The position numbers were made by a program, and so were the translations under genes. DNA of 63,792 bases, the filler included, from Reticulomyxa filosa (taxonomy: Eukaryota; Protista; Foraminifera), in the NCBI GenBank assembly GCA_000512085.1. It is 18 parts of 18 records of this genome, joined end to end, with 100 filler letters (N's around TTAATTAATTAA, not from the genome) between each part and the next. Parts side by side here need not be neighbours in the genome. Positions count along the whole stretch, not along the records: positions 25,251 to 38,391 come from ASPP01012168.1; positions 38,492 to 44,537 come from ASPP01001328.1; positions 44,638 to 49,051 come from ASPP01009307.1; positions 49,152 to 51,051 come from ASPP01042493.1; 14 more parts are not named here. One strand, written 5' to 3'. Below, in pieces: positions 38,261 through 50,575 of this stretch; position 1 is the first letter of the stretch; each line of letters opens with the position of its first letter. The notes beneath the pieces are model-generated. The model had not been told where the DNA came from. It saw nothing but the letters and a program-made list of their open reading frames with translations, and ran no database searches.

Positions 38261-40014
38261 TTGTTTATGTGTGTGTATAATGTACCTTAACGATTTTTTG
38301 GACGTAAACTAATTTCAAAAAAAAAAAAAAAAAAAAAAAAGAAAGAAAAAAAAATAAGGACAAAAACAATTTCGGAGGAAAACAAAACAAANNNNNNNNN
38401 NNNNNNNNNNNNNNNNNNNNNNNNNNNNNNNNNNNTTAATTAATTAANNNNNNNNNNNNNNNNNNNNNNNNNNNNNNNNNNNNNNNNNNNNGGTTTTAGA
38501 TAGAAAGCATTGAACAAGAAACCAATTTGGAATCTTGTTTCTTATGTTCTCATTAGACAATTTTGTCAACACAAGACATATCAAACTGAACAGTATCAAA
38601 ATACTCAAAACAGGAAAATGTTAAAGTGATAACAGGATGTATTATCAAGAACAATATCTCCTCCTGAGCCAGATATAGATAATCAGTAATTCAAAAAATT
38701 GCAATTATTTAATATCTCAGAAATAGTTTATGTTTAGAATTGAAGCGCACTAATTCGATGAATTATATTTACAAAAAGAAGAGATTTCGGATAGACATTA
38801 CTTTCATTTAATTATATTTTAATTGTATTGTTATAATAACAAGATTAAAAATATTTTGATTTGAATAAGTTATCAAATACGAGATTAAATCATCTTTCTC
38901 TTGCAAAGATTATGTTGATTGTAATTGATACAAAACTCAAGTGTAAGCTATTGTCAATTATTGGTAGTGCATATCCTTCATTTCCATCAACTCGCAACTG
39001 CTTCTCTTTCACGTTTAAATTATTGTTTTGCTTAATTTGAAAAAATTAAAAAATAACAGAGATATTCAAATCAAATATTCATAAGTATTTCCTTTAGACA
39101 AAATAAAAATCAAAACCATATTTGTAACAGATTTTCTTCACAAAAAAAAAAAAGTTAATAAATTGTGTATTATTTTACTTTCGTTTCTTTCATCTGAATT
39201 ACAATAACAAAATACAAAATAAAGCATATTAACCAAACAACACATTGAATTCAAAAGGAAAGTACATTACAAGCTGCAACTACAACATCGGTCAGATATA
39301 AAAAATTGAACATTGCAAATTTCAATGTAAATACTAATATCAATCCAAATACTATGGACAGTATTTGCTGCACATTTGCAGTTCATCGAGACTTATCTAT
39401 TTATCAAACATGTATATATTCTATATGTTTTTTTTCTATGCAATTTTTCCATCAGGGAATAACATAACAACATTAGTCGTTATTTTAATAGTAATGCACG
39501 TACGCAGCCATCCAATAGCAATTGATGAAGCTGTGCCGTTATTCTCACTATTTGCGCCCATAGACAGTTGAAAGTATTGATTGTCCAATGAAAAATAACA
39601 TTTAATTCTAATTTTAAAACATTATCTTGTTACTTATTATTTTTTCCTCAATTTTAGAAATTATTGTCGATTTCTTCGTGATAATATACAATTTTCTCAA
39701 GAGTATAAGGGTCAGTGTTTCCATCAAAACCGCATGAATCATATTTGTTTTGGTGTATGCATTGATAGTTCCTAATTAAATCAAAATACAAACTTTTTCT
39801 TTGAACTATAAAATAGTTTTCTCAAAACAATTTTGTTAAATCTTGGTCGTCAAACACGGGTTTTAGGCAGGAAAAAAGTTCAAATATTAATTTCAATAGT
39901 AGCATTGAAAATATTGACTAAAAAGCCCTTTTGTTTTGTAATATGCGATTTGTCCTAATAGCTAGATCTAAAACAAAATATTGGACGAACATACCCACGA
40001 CAGAAAACAAGAAA

Positions 40015-41630
40015 ATGGCGAAACTTTTGTGGACGTCAGGTAACTTGAAGATCAAAAGGGAAAAAAGAGATAAAAAGTGAACAGGATAAATATAACAGGA
40101 CTATTAGAAGCAAACATAATTGAGGAGGCGTTTGTTGAAGACCAGATCAATGCAGTACAGCCAGCATCAAAGGTCTGATTTTTTTCTATGCTTTGAAAAA
40201 AATAAAATGTATCCAAAGTGAGTGAGAAAAAAAAAGGATAGTGATGAAATTGAAAGCAATGGTTTAGATTTGGGCAATGAATTTACCATAAATAACAGTA
40301 TTATCATATTGCTATGTCTTGTCAATCATGGCTTTGATTGCGATTTGCAAATACCAAGTCAAATGTCTTTTGTTTATTTTCGAAAAAATAAACTTTATGG
40401 GGGAATGAATTCAGTAAAAAAGAAGATTGAAAAAATTGGAAAGGTGCGCTTGGTAACAACGACTTTTTTAAAAAAAAAATTTGCTTTTATTGAAAGCTTT
40501 TTTTTTTTTTAACCTGCCCGAAAAGATGAAGATTAAAACCTATAACAATAGCAAACAAACGTCATAACATTAATTCTGGAGAATTGGATTAGGTTATTTT
40601 TAACCAGATTAGGATGGATCGAAGAATTCAACAAAATTATTTCCCAATATGTTGAGGATCCTTTTGTTGAAAGAGCTTGTTATTTTTAAAAATTATATTG
40701 TTGGGCATTACAATTGACAACAATCAAACATTCAAAATAGGTAACTTTCTTTAAACTTTTAAAAATATTTGAAGGACATTCCGAACGTGTAAACACTGTA
40801 AAATTTTCTCCTGATGGCACCAAAATTATTTCTTCATCCAATGATAATACTGCAATATTGTGGGATCTAACGTCAGGAAAGGCAATCCATACATTTAAAG
40901 CACATTCTGGTTGGGTTAATGATGCACAATTTTCAGCTGATGGGAATATGATTGTAACGACTTCACATGATAAAACGATTCAACTTTGGAATGCAAATTC
41001 GGGACAAAACTTAAAAATATTTGAGGGACATCTTGATCGAGCAAAAAGAGCTCAATGCTCACCAGATGGTAATACTATTGTGTCAATTGCATGGGATCAA
41101 ACCATTCGAATCTGGAATATACAGTCTGGAGAAGAAATGCTGAAGATAGATTTATCTTCTGCTTGGGTGAACGATGTGCAATTTTCACCGGATGGTCAAT
41201 ATATTGTGGCATCATTTAACGATAAAATAATTCGAATATATGACGCGAAATCCGGTGAAAGTACACTTACATTGAAGGGACATAATTCTTCAGTAATGAA
41301 AGCTGGATATTCTCCCAACGGTGTCTATATCATATCGTGTTCAAAGGACAAAACTATTCGCTTGTGGGATCCTAAATCAGGAAAAGCAATCCAAATTTTT
41401 GAAGGGCATTCAGGTACAATAAGTGACGTGCGATGTTCACAGATATGCAAACTCTTGTATCCAGTTCATGGGACAACACCATCCGATTTTGGAATGTGGA
41501 GTCAGGACAAGAAACTCAAACATTAGAAGAACATAGTGGTATAACTGGAGTAGATATGTCACCATATAGTGACATGATTGTATCTGCTTCTGTTAACACT
41601 ACAATTCGATTGTGGGCATGGCATAATTAA
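40015..41630 (+). CDS. WD40-repeat protein with N-terminal W.R..GWI.EF box exon; one frameshift near 41440
   Basis: Exon 40552-40650 (box) splices in frame to 40741: EGHSERVNTVKFSPDG...WD, with about 7 GH...W[D/N] repeats. The 5' exons are tentative. Confidence 0.88.
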
Positions 41631-42101
41631 ACGCAAGTTTGAAAAGCAGGATATTAGTTTATATATTGTTAAAATTTGTTGTTTTTCTAAGACTGAAAAC
41701 AAATAAACGAGTTTTAAGACTTAAATTTACTGCTACAAATAATCAGTTAGGAAAAAGTCAACCTTTATTCATATACAGTTAAAAATAGTATGCTAAATAT
41801 ACTGCTATTTTAAAAGCATTGAATCAAGAATTGCATTTCTTTTGGAAGAGCAAGTATTACAAGAGCTTGTTATTGTCTATGTTTTTAAAAATAAAATCTT
41901 TCAAAAAAGGATTTTATTCTGGGGACATGTCCTTAAAAGGAATATCAATGGACATGTTACAGATGAAAGCAGTCACTGCTGGACAACACAAAACCAAACT
42001 GACATGACGAGAAAAAAAATCAATCAAAATCGAAAGAGGTTTGTGCAGCATTTTTGATGGAGAAAAACAAACCAAAAAAAAGTTAATTACAAATTTCAAA
42101 A

Positions 42102-43821
42102 TTACAATTTAGCCTTGTTACCTCTTTGAGAAGAATGCCTCTTGCAAAAGCTGTCCATTCTTTTTGCGACTTCTTTGATTGCATCAGGAGGTGGACACGT
42201 GACCACTCTAAAGTAGTTTGGTATGCCAAAAATACTTCCGGGCAACACTAAAACACCTTCTTCTCGCAATAGGAGATTCGCAAATTCGACATCATCTTTC
42301 AAGTGCATTTTTTTCGTTTCAATTCCAACCATCATATACATAGCTCCATGAGCTTTAATTGGTTTCAATTCAGGAATTTTTTCAAACAGTTCATGAAATA
42401 AGTTAGCTTGAGTTCGCAATGTATCATTTAATTGTTTGTAAAAGCTTTTTGGTGTCTCGGCCAAAATAGTGGGCAAAGCTGCTTGGATCAATGAATTGGG
42501 TCCTAACAATACTGTACTTAATCGAACCAATGCCTCTTTGACCTTTCAGTTTTTTAATTTTTTCATTACAAATCCAAAAAAAAAAATAGATAAAAAATGA
42601 AAATTGCAATACAAATGCTTGTCGCTTCTCTTTTTTTATTTTTTAAAAAATCATTATTCGATTTACCTCATGACATGCGCCAATAGGATCGTGAAGGACA
42701 ATCCAACCCATACGCCATCCAGGCACCAAATACTTCTTTGCCATCCCGCCACAAGTCAGTATTGGCACATCATGAGAAAGGGAAGCCAGACTAATAAACG
42801 GAATTTCCCCAAACACCATTCCATCATAGATTTCATCTGCAATTATCGGGATGCGATGTTTCTTGGCCACTTGTAACACATCTTCCAAGTTTTTTCGAGT
42901 TAATATTGACCCGCAAGGGTTCGATGGATTATTGATCAATATTGCTTTTGTTCTTCCATCGATCAGTGTTTCCAATTGTTTCGTGTCAATATTCCATCCT
43001 TTATCAGGCTTTACTCACACGAACACACATACACGTACAAAGTACGTACATTTAGAAAACTATAATTATTTCTTCCAAAAAAAAAAAAAAAAGAATTTTC
43101 TTGTCGACTACGTATACTTTTTTTTTTTTTGTTTAAAAAAAAAAATTAACATGAACGAATTTTTTTTTTTTTTTTTTTTATTACCAAGCAATTATAAAAT
43201 CTGCATTCGAAATCGTATCTGCCACAAACTGTTTCATAAAACGAAAAGCCAGGCCTAGGCAACAACACGTTGTCTCCTGAGTCTAATAATGCTCCGAATG
43301 CCATGTTTATCGCATCCGAGCATCCGCTGCCCAAAAACACGTCACTTTTGTCAACTTTTACATGTGGATACGAATATTGCTTGGCCAAAGCAATACGCGC
43401 CTCGTCCACCCCAAACGAAGGTGCGTAACCATTGCATTGAGTACTTTCTAACGCAGCTCTCACTGCTTTGGTCACTTCTGGGCTTGGTTTCAAATTTGGA
43501 AACTTTGTTGGGTCACCTATTGTTACAAAATAATAGTGTCCAATCTTTTTTTTTTTTTTGCTTCTCCTCTCCTTCTTCTCTCTCAGCAAAAAAATAAGTT
43601 TTTAAACATTGCAACGGCTTTTTTTTTTTGTAAGACACAAACGAACAAACAAAAACTCAATAAGAAAAGTAAAACACACCAATTGATACTGAGATAAATG
43701 GTTTATCTTTGGGGACCTTGTTCAAATCTAATTTGTCGACTATTTGTCGGATTTTGTTTACTGTCTTCACTGAAGCCTCTGACGCAGAAATTTTCCACGG
43801 ACGTTCACTGTTGCCTTTCAT
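42102..43821 (-). CDS. TAT: Tyrosine aminotransferase (class I PLP enzyme)
   Basis: TVNKIRQIVD; SIGDPTKFPNL; GYAPSFG; GSGCSDAI; INNPSNPCGS; IIADEIY; GGMAKKYLVPGWRMGW; LGPNSLIQAALP. Confidence 0.95.
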
Positions 43822-44211
43822 CTTTTCGGATTAATTTTTTTTTGCAAGAACGACAAAATACTTAACAAGATAGTCGCTTATTCACAACAAAAGGGGCCTT
43901 TCCGTAGTATAAACTAAGCAGTTCGAAAATTTGGTTGGATCCGTTCTCTGTCCATTTGTAGACATGATAAGAGATACTAGTGTGTAACCTTGGGAACATT
44001 TATAAAGTAGAGAAGTATTGGCGCTTTACAAAGCGTTAAAAACGTATCATTTTTTTGTTTGAACAAAATTTGCACTTGTTGGATTATCTTCAGATGAAAC
44101 AATGTCCTGTTGAAATGGAGAGCAACAAAATAAATAAAGCGGCTTGGTTGTCGTTACGGACTTGTTGGAGGGGACAAGGGGTATAATATTCCAACTTTGC
44201 TTTAATTTTTT

Positions 44212-44511
44212 TTGATAATGCAAACTCTTCTCCCGCCGAGTGTGCGAAGACGGAAAGAGCGAAATAATAATGTCCTCCACTTCTACACAGATGCGAAATT
44301 TGGAAAAGAATTTGAAGAAGGAGTCAGGAAAGTAGTAGCAGAGGAGCTTCGAATGGCAGACGAGCGTGTGATCGAAACACAAGAGCTTGCCATCGAAGAA
44401 AAAAAGTCGTTAATTCGAGACGAATTTGAAGTGGACATAAGTGATCCAGACTGGCTGAAAAAGTCGACTTTGGGTAATGTAGCAAATCTCTTGAGCCAAG
44501 CACCCAAATAA
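44212..44511 (+). CDS. Acyl-carrier-protein-like small protein lacking the DSL attachment motif
   Basis: EEGVRKVVAEELRM...IRDEFEVDISDPDWLKKSTLGNVANLL matches ACP helices I, III and IV; no GxDSL. 5' exon(s) uncertain. Confidence 0.6.
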   Translation: MIMQTLLPPSVRRRKERNNNVLHFYTDAKFGKEFEEGVRKVVAEELRMADERVIETQELAIEEKKSLIRDEFEVDISDPDWLKKSTLGNVANLLSQAPK

Positions 44512-45039
44512 AAAAAAAAGGGGGATGTGGGCGGGGGNNNNNNNNNNNNNNNNNNNNNNNNNNNNNNNNNNNNNNNNNNNNTTAATTAATTAANNNNNNN
44601 NNNNNNNNNNNNNNNNNNNNNNNNNNNNNNNNNNNNNTATATTTTTTGAGAAGAGTGTGAATATTGTACGTGTTGACAGTTAAAAAAAAGAAAGGAAAAT
44701 AAAGAATTTAAAATTTCTTTTTTTTTTGGATGATGAAAAATTTGAGAATGCAGCAACATCCAAATTTTTTTCTCATTTTCTCTCCAAGAGGTCAAATTTG
44801 TTTAACGTAACGGATTTCATTTTGTCAATGTGTAGGACAAGATCAATTCAACGTTTTGCAATTCTGATAAACATAAACTAGTCTGAATATCATTTCTCTC
44901 GCATAAACATCTTGTGTTTTTTATCTATATTTGGAACAGGTCTCGCAAAGAAAGCTCAATTTTTGTCTTCTTAGAAAAACTACAGAAAAGAAATTTTGAT
45001 TGTGATGCAGATGAACTACATTTTAGGAAATAAAGAAAC

Positions 45040-46263
45040 ATTACCTCACAAGACCCGAAACAGCCGTATGAATTCAAAAAGGAAGTGGATTTGCCCGAAA
45101 ACTTTTCGTACGCGGGATGTGTGTCATGGAAAGACGAGATATTGATATGTGGAGGGTACTTGAACAACGCATGTTATTCATACAATGTGAAGCGGCAAGA
45201 GTACAAGAAGATCTGCCACTACCCAGAAGGGGTGAAATTGTTCGGACATATGGTGGTGGCGTATGGGGAGGGCGGCGAAAAGGTGAATGGAAAGGAGAGC
45301 TTGAAATTGTTGTCACTTGGAGGAGGTGACTCATTTGCGCTGGGATACCATACGTTGCAAATGACGTACGTGAGTGTATGGGACAACGAAGAGGCAAACA
45401 AAAACTATGAGGGAGTGAACGAATGGAAAGCATTGCCAAATAACCAAATCTTTGGCAAAAAGAATCGAGACAATTTGGAGGGAGTACGTGGGGTGATAGG
45501 AGGGGAACATAATGATCTGTTGTTTTTGACACATCGAGCCAAACAAATCGATGTGATTAACTTGAAGTCGTTTGAATACGTAGAATCTCCCAAAAATAGC
45601 TATTTGCCTATTTCTTCTGGGTTTCTTTGCTACCATGCTTTTATTGCTATAAGGAAAACTACTTTTGTTTTAATTTGTGAAAAAGAGGCCCTCCAAATTC
45701 AATATGACCAACTCCAAAACTCATTTTCCTACCAAAATTTGCCGTCGTGCGATTCTCTAAAAGATGTGTACAACTTTGGCTTTATTAATTTGCTTAGTGA
45801 TATCTTTTTATTCGGAGGTTGGAACGACTCTGTTCCCTTGGGTTCCGTTGTTTTTACACTCTACATCTACCATCACGAACAAAAAGAATGGGAGCAAGTC
45901 AAATTCCCAAATATGCAGTCACTCAGCGGCTCTACTGGTATCTTCTCCAATTGCGACTCTGCCATCCATCTCCTCGGTGGACATGTCTTACATTCTCCCA
46001 TTACCTCCCACTTCTCTTTACAAGGATGCGTTATCAAAGCTTAGTCACTTTGATTCTTTTGTGTTACATATATGTACATATACATATATGACTTTAATGT
46101 AATGTACGCGATGCATGTTTGCTACGTATACGTATGCACATGCCTTGCTTTGTTTTTGTAGTGGCCTGTGGAGTTCATAACGCAAAATTGGACAAGAAAT
46201 TGTGGGTTGAAGAAACCTGGATGGATCAAGGATTTCAATACGATTATTTCCAAATATTTGTGA
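45040..46263 (+). CDS. Kelch-like beta-propeller protein with C-terminal W.R..GWI.DF box exon
   Basis: 319-aa ORF with GG blades (EILICGG, LLSLGG, VIGGEH, IFLFGG, IHLLGG). A phase-0 intron leads to last exon WPVEFITQNWTRNCGLKKPGWIKDFNTIISKYL*. Confidence 0.85.
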
Positions 46264-46542
46264 TTTTTTTTTTTTTTTGCAATGTGTTGCCTTGTTGTGG
46301 ACTACTTTCCTTTTGTCGTTATTTTTGTATTAAACTTGCTTTTTTTTTTTTTTTTGAGGACTTCAATTTACCACAACGAAAATAAAAACACAATGAATTG
46401 AATTATTCATGATACATTTATTTTACTTGTAAAAGCTGTGCTGAATAGACAATCGTTCTTTATATCTTGAGATTAGTCAAAACAGTTTTTTTGAAGTTTT
46501 TTAAAACTCAAAAAAAAATAAAATTGAATAGAAGAAATTAGA

Positions 46543-47568
46543 ATGGCTGGATTGATGCGAAGAATATCCGTTAAGCTTTGCACTTTGGCAAATGCCAATT
46601 CGATAAGATCTTCATTGATGACAGATCGAATGTTTCGACCATTGTTTGTAAGTCAATGGCGAGAATTTGCAAGAAAAGTCAGGGATGACGACGATTTTTT
46701 GAGTGAACTGGAGGAGGACGATATAGACATTGACGAAACAAAAAAGAAGCCAGCTCCACGTGACAAGAAGGGATCTCGACAGGCATCATCCAACAGCAGA
46801 GCGGACGACGATGTGTATCTTGGAGATGAAGACGTTGACATCGACTCGGATCCAGAAATTAGCCGTGGAAGACGCACACAAAGAGGACGTGAACAGGTAT
46901 CTCAAAGTCGTGGCCGCCGCGATTCCGATTTTGATGATAGAGATGCAACCACTGAAAGCTCACGACAACGAACGTACTCGAGACAAGACAGCAATGAACG
47001 ACAACACACTGGCAGACGAGGAGAATATACTAATGATAATAATAATAATAATCGCAATAACCGAAATTTCCGACCAGATCGAGACAGCGCCGATTTCATC
47101 AAGCAGGAAGCTCGGCCTAGTGGTGCCACTCCTTATCCACCAAGACCTGGAGCGAATACCAATGAAGATCGTTTCGGTGCAGAATCTTCGCAAACTAATT
47201 TTGAGTCTGGCGATCGAAGCAGAACATTCACAGGCGATAATGTTGTCGATTCGAATACTCATCGCCCTCGTGGAGTCGCAGTAGTAGATTCATTTACCAT
47301 TCAATGCAAGGGCAGTTTGGACACAAGCAAAATCAATGATATTTTGAAGTCACATTTGAGTGCAAATAAGCTTCAGGGAACTGCTACGGTGGTACGTATC
47401 CAAAGACAGGAGAATGCTCTCGGAAAGGAGGTTAGTGTCATTGTGAAGTGCAGCATCCCTCAAACCGCTTCTCAACTAGTCCAGCGCTTCAAAAATACCA
47501 AACCCTTTGGACCAAATACCGAAATTACCTTTACCACTTCGAGAAGAGATACACAGGGCACTCCATAA
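46543..47568 (+). CDS. Putative mitochondrial protein: presequence, R/D/S-rich disordered region, C-terminal RRM-like domain
   Basis: Intact 341-aa ORF. Arg/Ser/Leu-rich, acid-poor first ~45 aa; the last ~85 aa show a beta-alpha-beta-beta-alpha-beta pattern. The fold call is inference. Confidence 0.7.
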   Translation: MAGLMRRISVKLCTLANANSIRSSLMTDRMFRPLFVSQWREFARKVRDDDDFLSELEEDDIDIDETKKKPAPRDKKGSRQASSNSRADDDVYLGDEDVDIDSDPEISRGRRTQRGREQVSQSRGRRDSDFDDRDATTESSRQRTYSRQDSNERQHTGRRGEYTNDNNNNNRNNRNFRPDRDSADFIKQEARPSGATPYPPRPGANTNEDRFGAESSQTNFESGDRSRTFTGDNVVDSNTHRPRGVAVVDSFTIQCKGSLDTSKINDILKSHLSANKLQGTATVVRIQRQENALGKEVSVIVKCSIPQTASQLVQRFKNTKPFGPNTEITFTTSRRDTQGTP

Positions 47569-48207
47569 GTTTCTGCTCTATTCCACGCTCTTTTTTTTTT
47601 CCTCCCAATTTTTTCTTACATTTATTGTTCATGCAAAATTTAAAAGACAAAAAGACTTGTTGAAGAATTTTACAAGTTTAATATAGCAAAAAAAAAAAAT
47701 TTTTTTGTTCTTTTACACTTCCAATCTTAAGGAGGAAAAAGGTTATAAAGTTTGATTTAAAGTAGATATTAACTTTGACAAATGCAATTTTTTCTGCACA
47801 CTCAGAGATCTCCATCAACTGTTTCTTATTGTTGATTTTTTTAGCATTGTAATATTGGACACATTGACAATTATCAATAAGAGAGTATTAATTGTCTAAA
47901 TGAAAGACTTCTTTTTAATGTTCAAAGGGGTCTTAAAAATTTAACATTAAAAATTTTTATTTGTTTCCATGATTTTTCGCACAAAGAAAGTCAAACTTTG
48001 GATATGACAGGTATTTATAAGTTTCTCCAAATAAGAGACCACAGTTTTTTTTAAAAATGAAGAGAAATCGACTGGCACGATAAAGTGAATTCAGGTAGTA
48101 ACTTCTTTCTTTTTCTAAAAAAAATTAAAAAATGGATAAACATCAAATGAGCAACTTGTATAATATTCACCTTGAGGTTTATGAAATTCGTCAGACAAAC
48201 ACAAAAT

Positions 48208-49030
48208 TCACAATATTTGAAGTTCGGTTGAGTCTAAACCAAATCTCCATTTATTTCGATCAAACAACGCCTTCAATTCTCCAATATACCATGCGTGGTA
48301 TTTGTCAACATCCTCAGGAGTAGGATTTTCAATTTTTTCAAAGATTTTTCCTTTTCCATGGATGGTGTGGAGTCCAGCTATCCCAAGATTTTTTTTTTTT
48401 TTTTTGGAGCTTCAAACCCCCTGCGAGAATTTTTTTTAAAGGAGTTGGGGAGCAGAGGGGGGGAAAAAAGGTACGTAACACAAAACAAAAAAAACAAAAA
48501 CTGTTAGAATAAGGTAGAATAAAGCAATAGGGACCAAAGGCAATAGTTCCAGGAATTTGACGATCGCAAAGCCACTTTTTCAAAGCAGGTGTACCTTTCC
48601 AATTCCAATACGTATGAGATTCTCCAAAAGTATATGCAGGGATGACATGATAGCCAAATTGCAAGGCATATTTAATGAAGCCTTTGATCTGTTTGATGTA
48701 AACAATTTCTTTGTCTTTTTCAAAAAACGCAGCTTCATAAAAACCTCCTGGAGTAACACAAAACGACCTCCGAGTGTTCATCAACCGGAGTACGTTTTCC
48801 TTCGAAGCACTCGTCAACGATCCACTGTATTTCGCTATAAACCACGAAAAAAATGGTGCCCGAACCAATATCGGGGCAGCAATTGCTGTTCTTGGGACAT
48901 TGGGACCATTCACAACCTCATCAACTTTGTTGTTTTTTTGTCCCTTGGTTGTTGTGTTCAAATTTTTTTTGGAGTTATATTCTTGTTGAACCCATTCTCC
49001 ATATTTACCTATTTTAATTGTCCATGCACA
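48208..49030 (-). CDS. DGAT2/MOGAT-family acyltransferase, 5' truncated
   Basis: SASKENV; VTPGGFYEA; KGFIKYALQFGYHVIPAYTFGE; last exon IENPTPEDVDKYHAWYIGELKALFD...ELQIL*. Confidence 0.92.
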
Positions 49031-49749
49031 ATTTTTTTTTTTTTTTTTTTTNNNNNNNNNNNNNNNNNNNNNNNNNNNNNNNNNNNNNNNNNNNNTTAAT
49101 TAATTAANNNNNNNNNNNNNNNNNNNNNNNNNNNNNNNNNNNNNNNNNNNNAAAAAAAAATGAGTTTTTTGAGATGATCATAAGTAAGTGAGTTATAGTT
49201 AGCTGGGGCAGTTTGTTCGTATGCTTTCACCCAAAATCTTTGAATTTCATGTTTTTTTTTTGTTGTTGTGCTATTTTGTTTGTTTTGTTTTGCTTTGCTT
49301 GTGTTTTTTCTCTCCCAATTGTTTTCTTTCTTTTTTTTGCTTGTCTTGTTTCCTCAAATTTCTTCCCGTTTTTTTTTTAAGCTGTAATGTACAGTTTGAT
49401 ATGTCATTCTTTATTTTTCTCAGTCATTGTTCTAGTGTCGAACTACAAAGCTTGAACCAAAAATTTACTCAAAATTTTCTTTTGAAACAGTTTGCAAAAC
49501 ACATAAAATTCGGGTATCTAAGATAGATGGGAGAGCCAAATAATATTGAGATGAAATCTAAACTTTCAAGAAGCTTACAAGTGTAACAAACGATAAACTG
49601 ACCTTTTTTAAAAAAGGATATGGCTCGGATGTTCACCTCCTTTTTTTGGAATAAAACTGTTTAGAGCAAATAGTGTGTATAAAACAACTGAGGGAACTAT
49701 CATATTAAACCGAAAAAAAAACAAAACGAGTTCTTTGTTAGTTACAGGC

Positions 49750-50575
49750 AACGATATTTTTTACCATTATTTTGTATGTATGAAAAGTGGAGGCTTTTGA
49801 AAAATAATGTGCTAGTATACTTTTGTTCCCTTTCCTCTATGATTAATGCTTCATCCTGGTTTGAAGTCTCTTCAGTTCTCGTTAAACGCTCAAATTGTAA
49901 AATCTTCAATTTCATCAGTCGATAGATACACATCTTCAATCTTATGCTCTTTGGACTTTAATCGAAGTGGTACATCGTATAATGATCGGCATTTCCATCG
50001 TGCTATATATTTCATCGTAGAAAAGTATACTTTTGGCGTGATTAATATATTCAAAACATTAATTGAGAAATAATTGTTATTTATGATTGGTACAACAACA
50101 AAACTTCAGTTTAATGTATTGCTTATTATTTGATTATCTTTGATAGGCACATTTACATTGGACACTATGTCCCAGATGGGATCATTATAATGTAGTATAC
50201 GTTGGCCAGCACGTGCGAAGGTATTTGACCTTGCACTTGTAGCTGAGTTTGTGGTGGCACCTGCTGCACTAGTAATTGCACCTGTATTTGTACTTGCTGG
50301 ATTTGGGATGGCGCTTGATGTGGCACTTACTGTACTGATAGTTGTATTTGTGATGATGCATGCCGGACTTGGAGTGGCACTTGTTGGACTTGAGGTGGCG
50401 CTTGCTGGACTTGGGGTAGTGCTTGCATCTGCTGTGCTTGTTGTATTGGCTGTTGTTGGAGTTGCGGGATTTGCTGCGCTTGTTGAATTTGTTGCGCTTG
50501 CTGTTGTAATTGATTTCCCACCCAATGTTGATGATGGCCCGCTTGTCCATTGTTCACATGTGGTTGGTCCATCAA
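49750..50575 (-). pseudogene. Decayed Gln-rich gene
   Basis: MMDQPH...QQQAQQIQQAQQ frame is interrupted by stops; downstream coding-like segments also contain stops. Confidence 0.45.
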
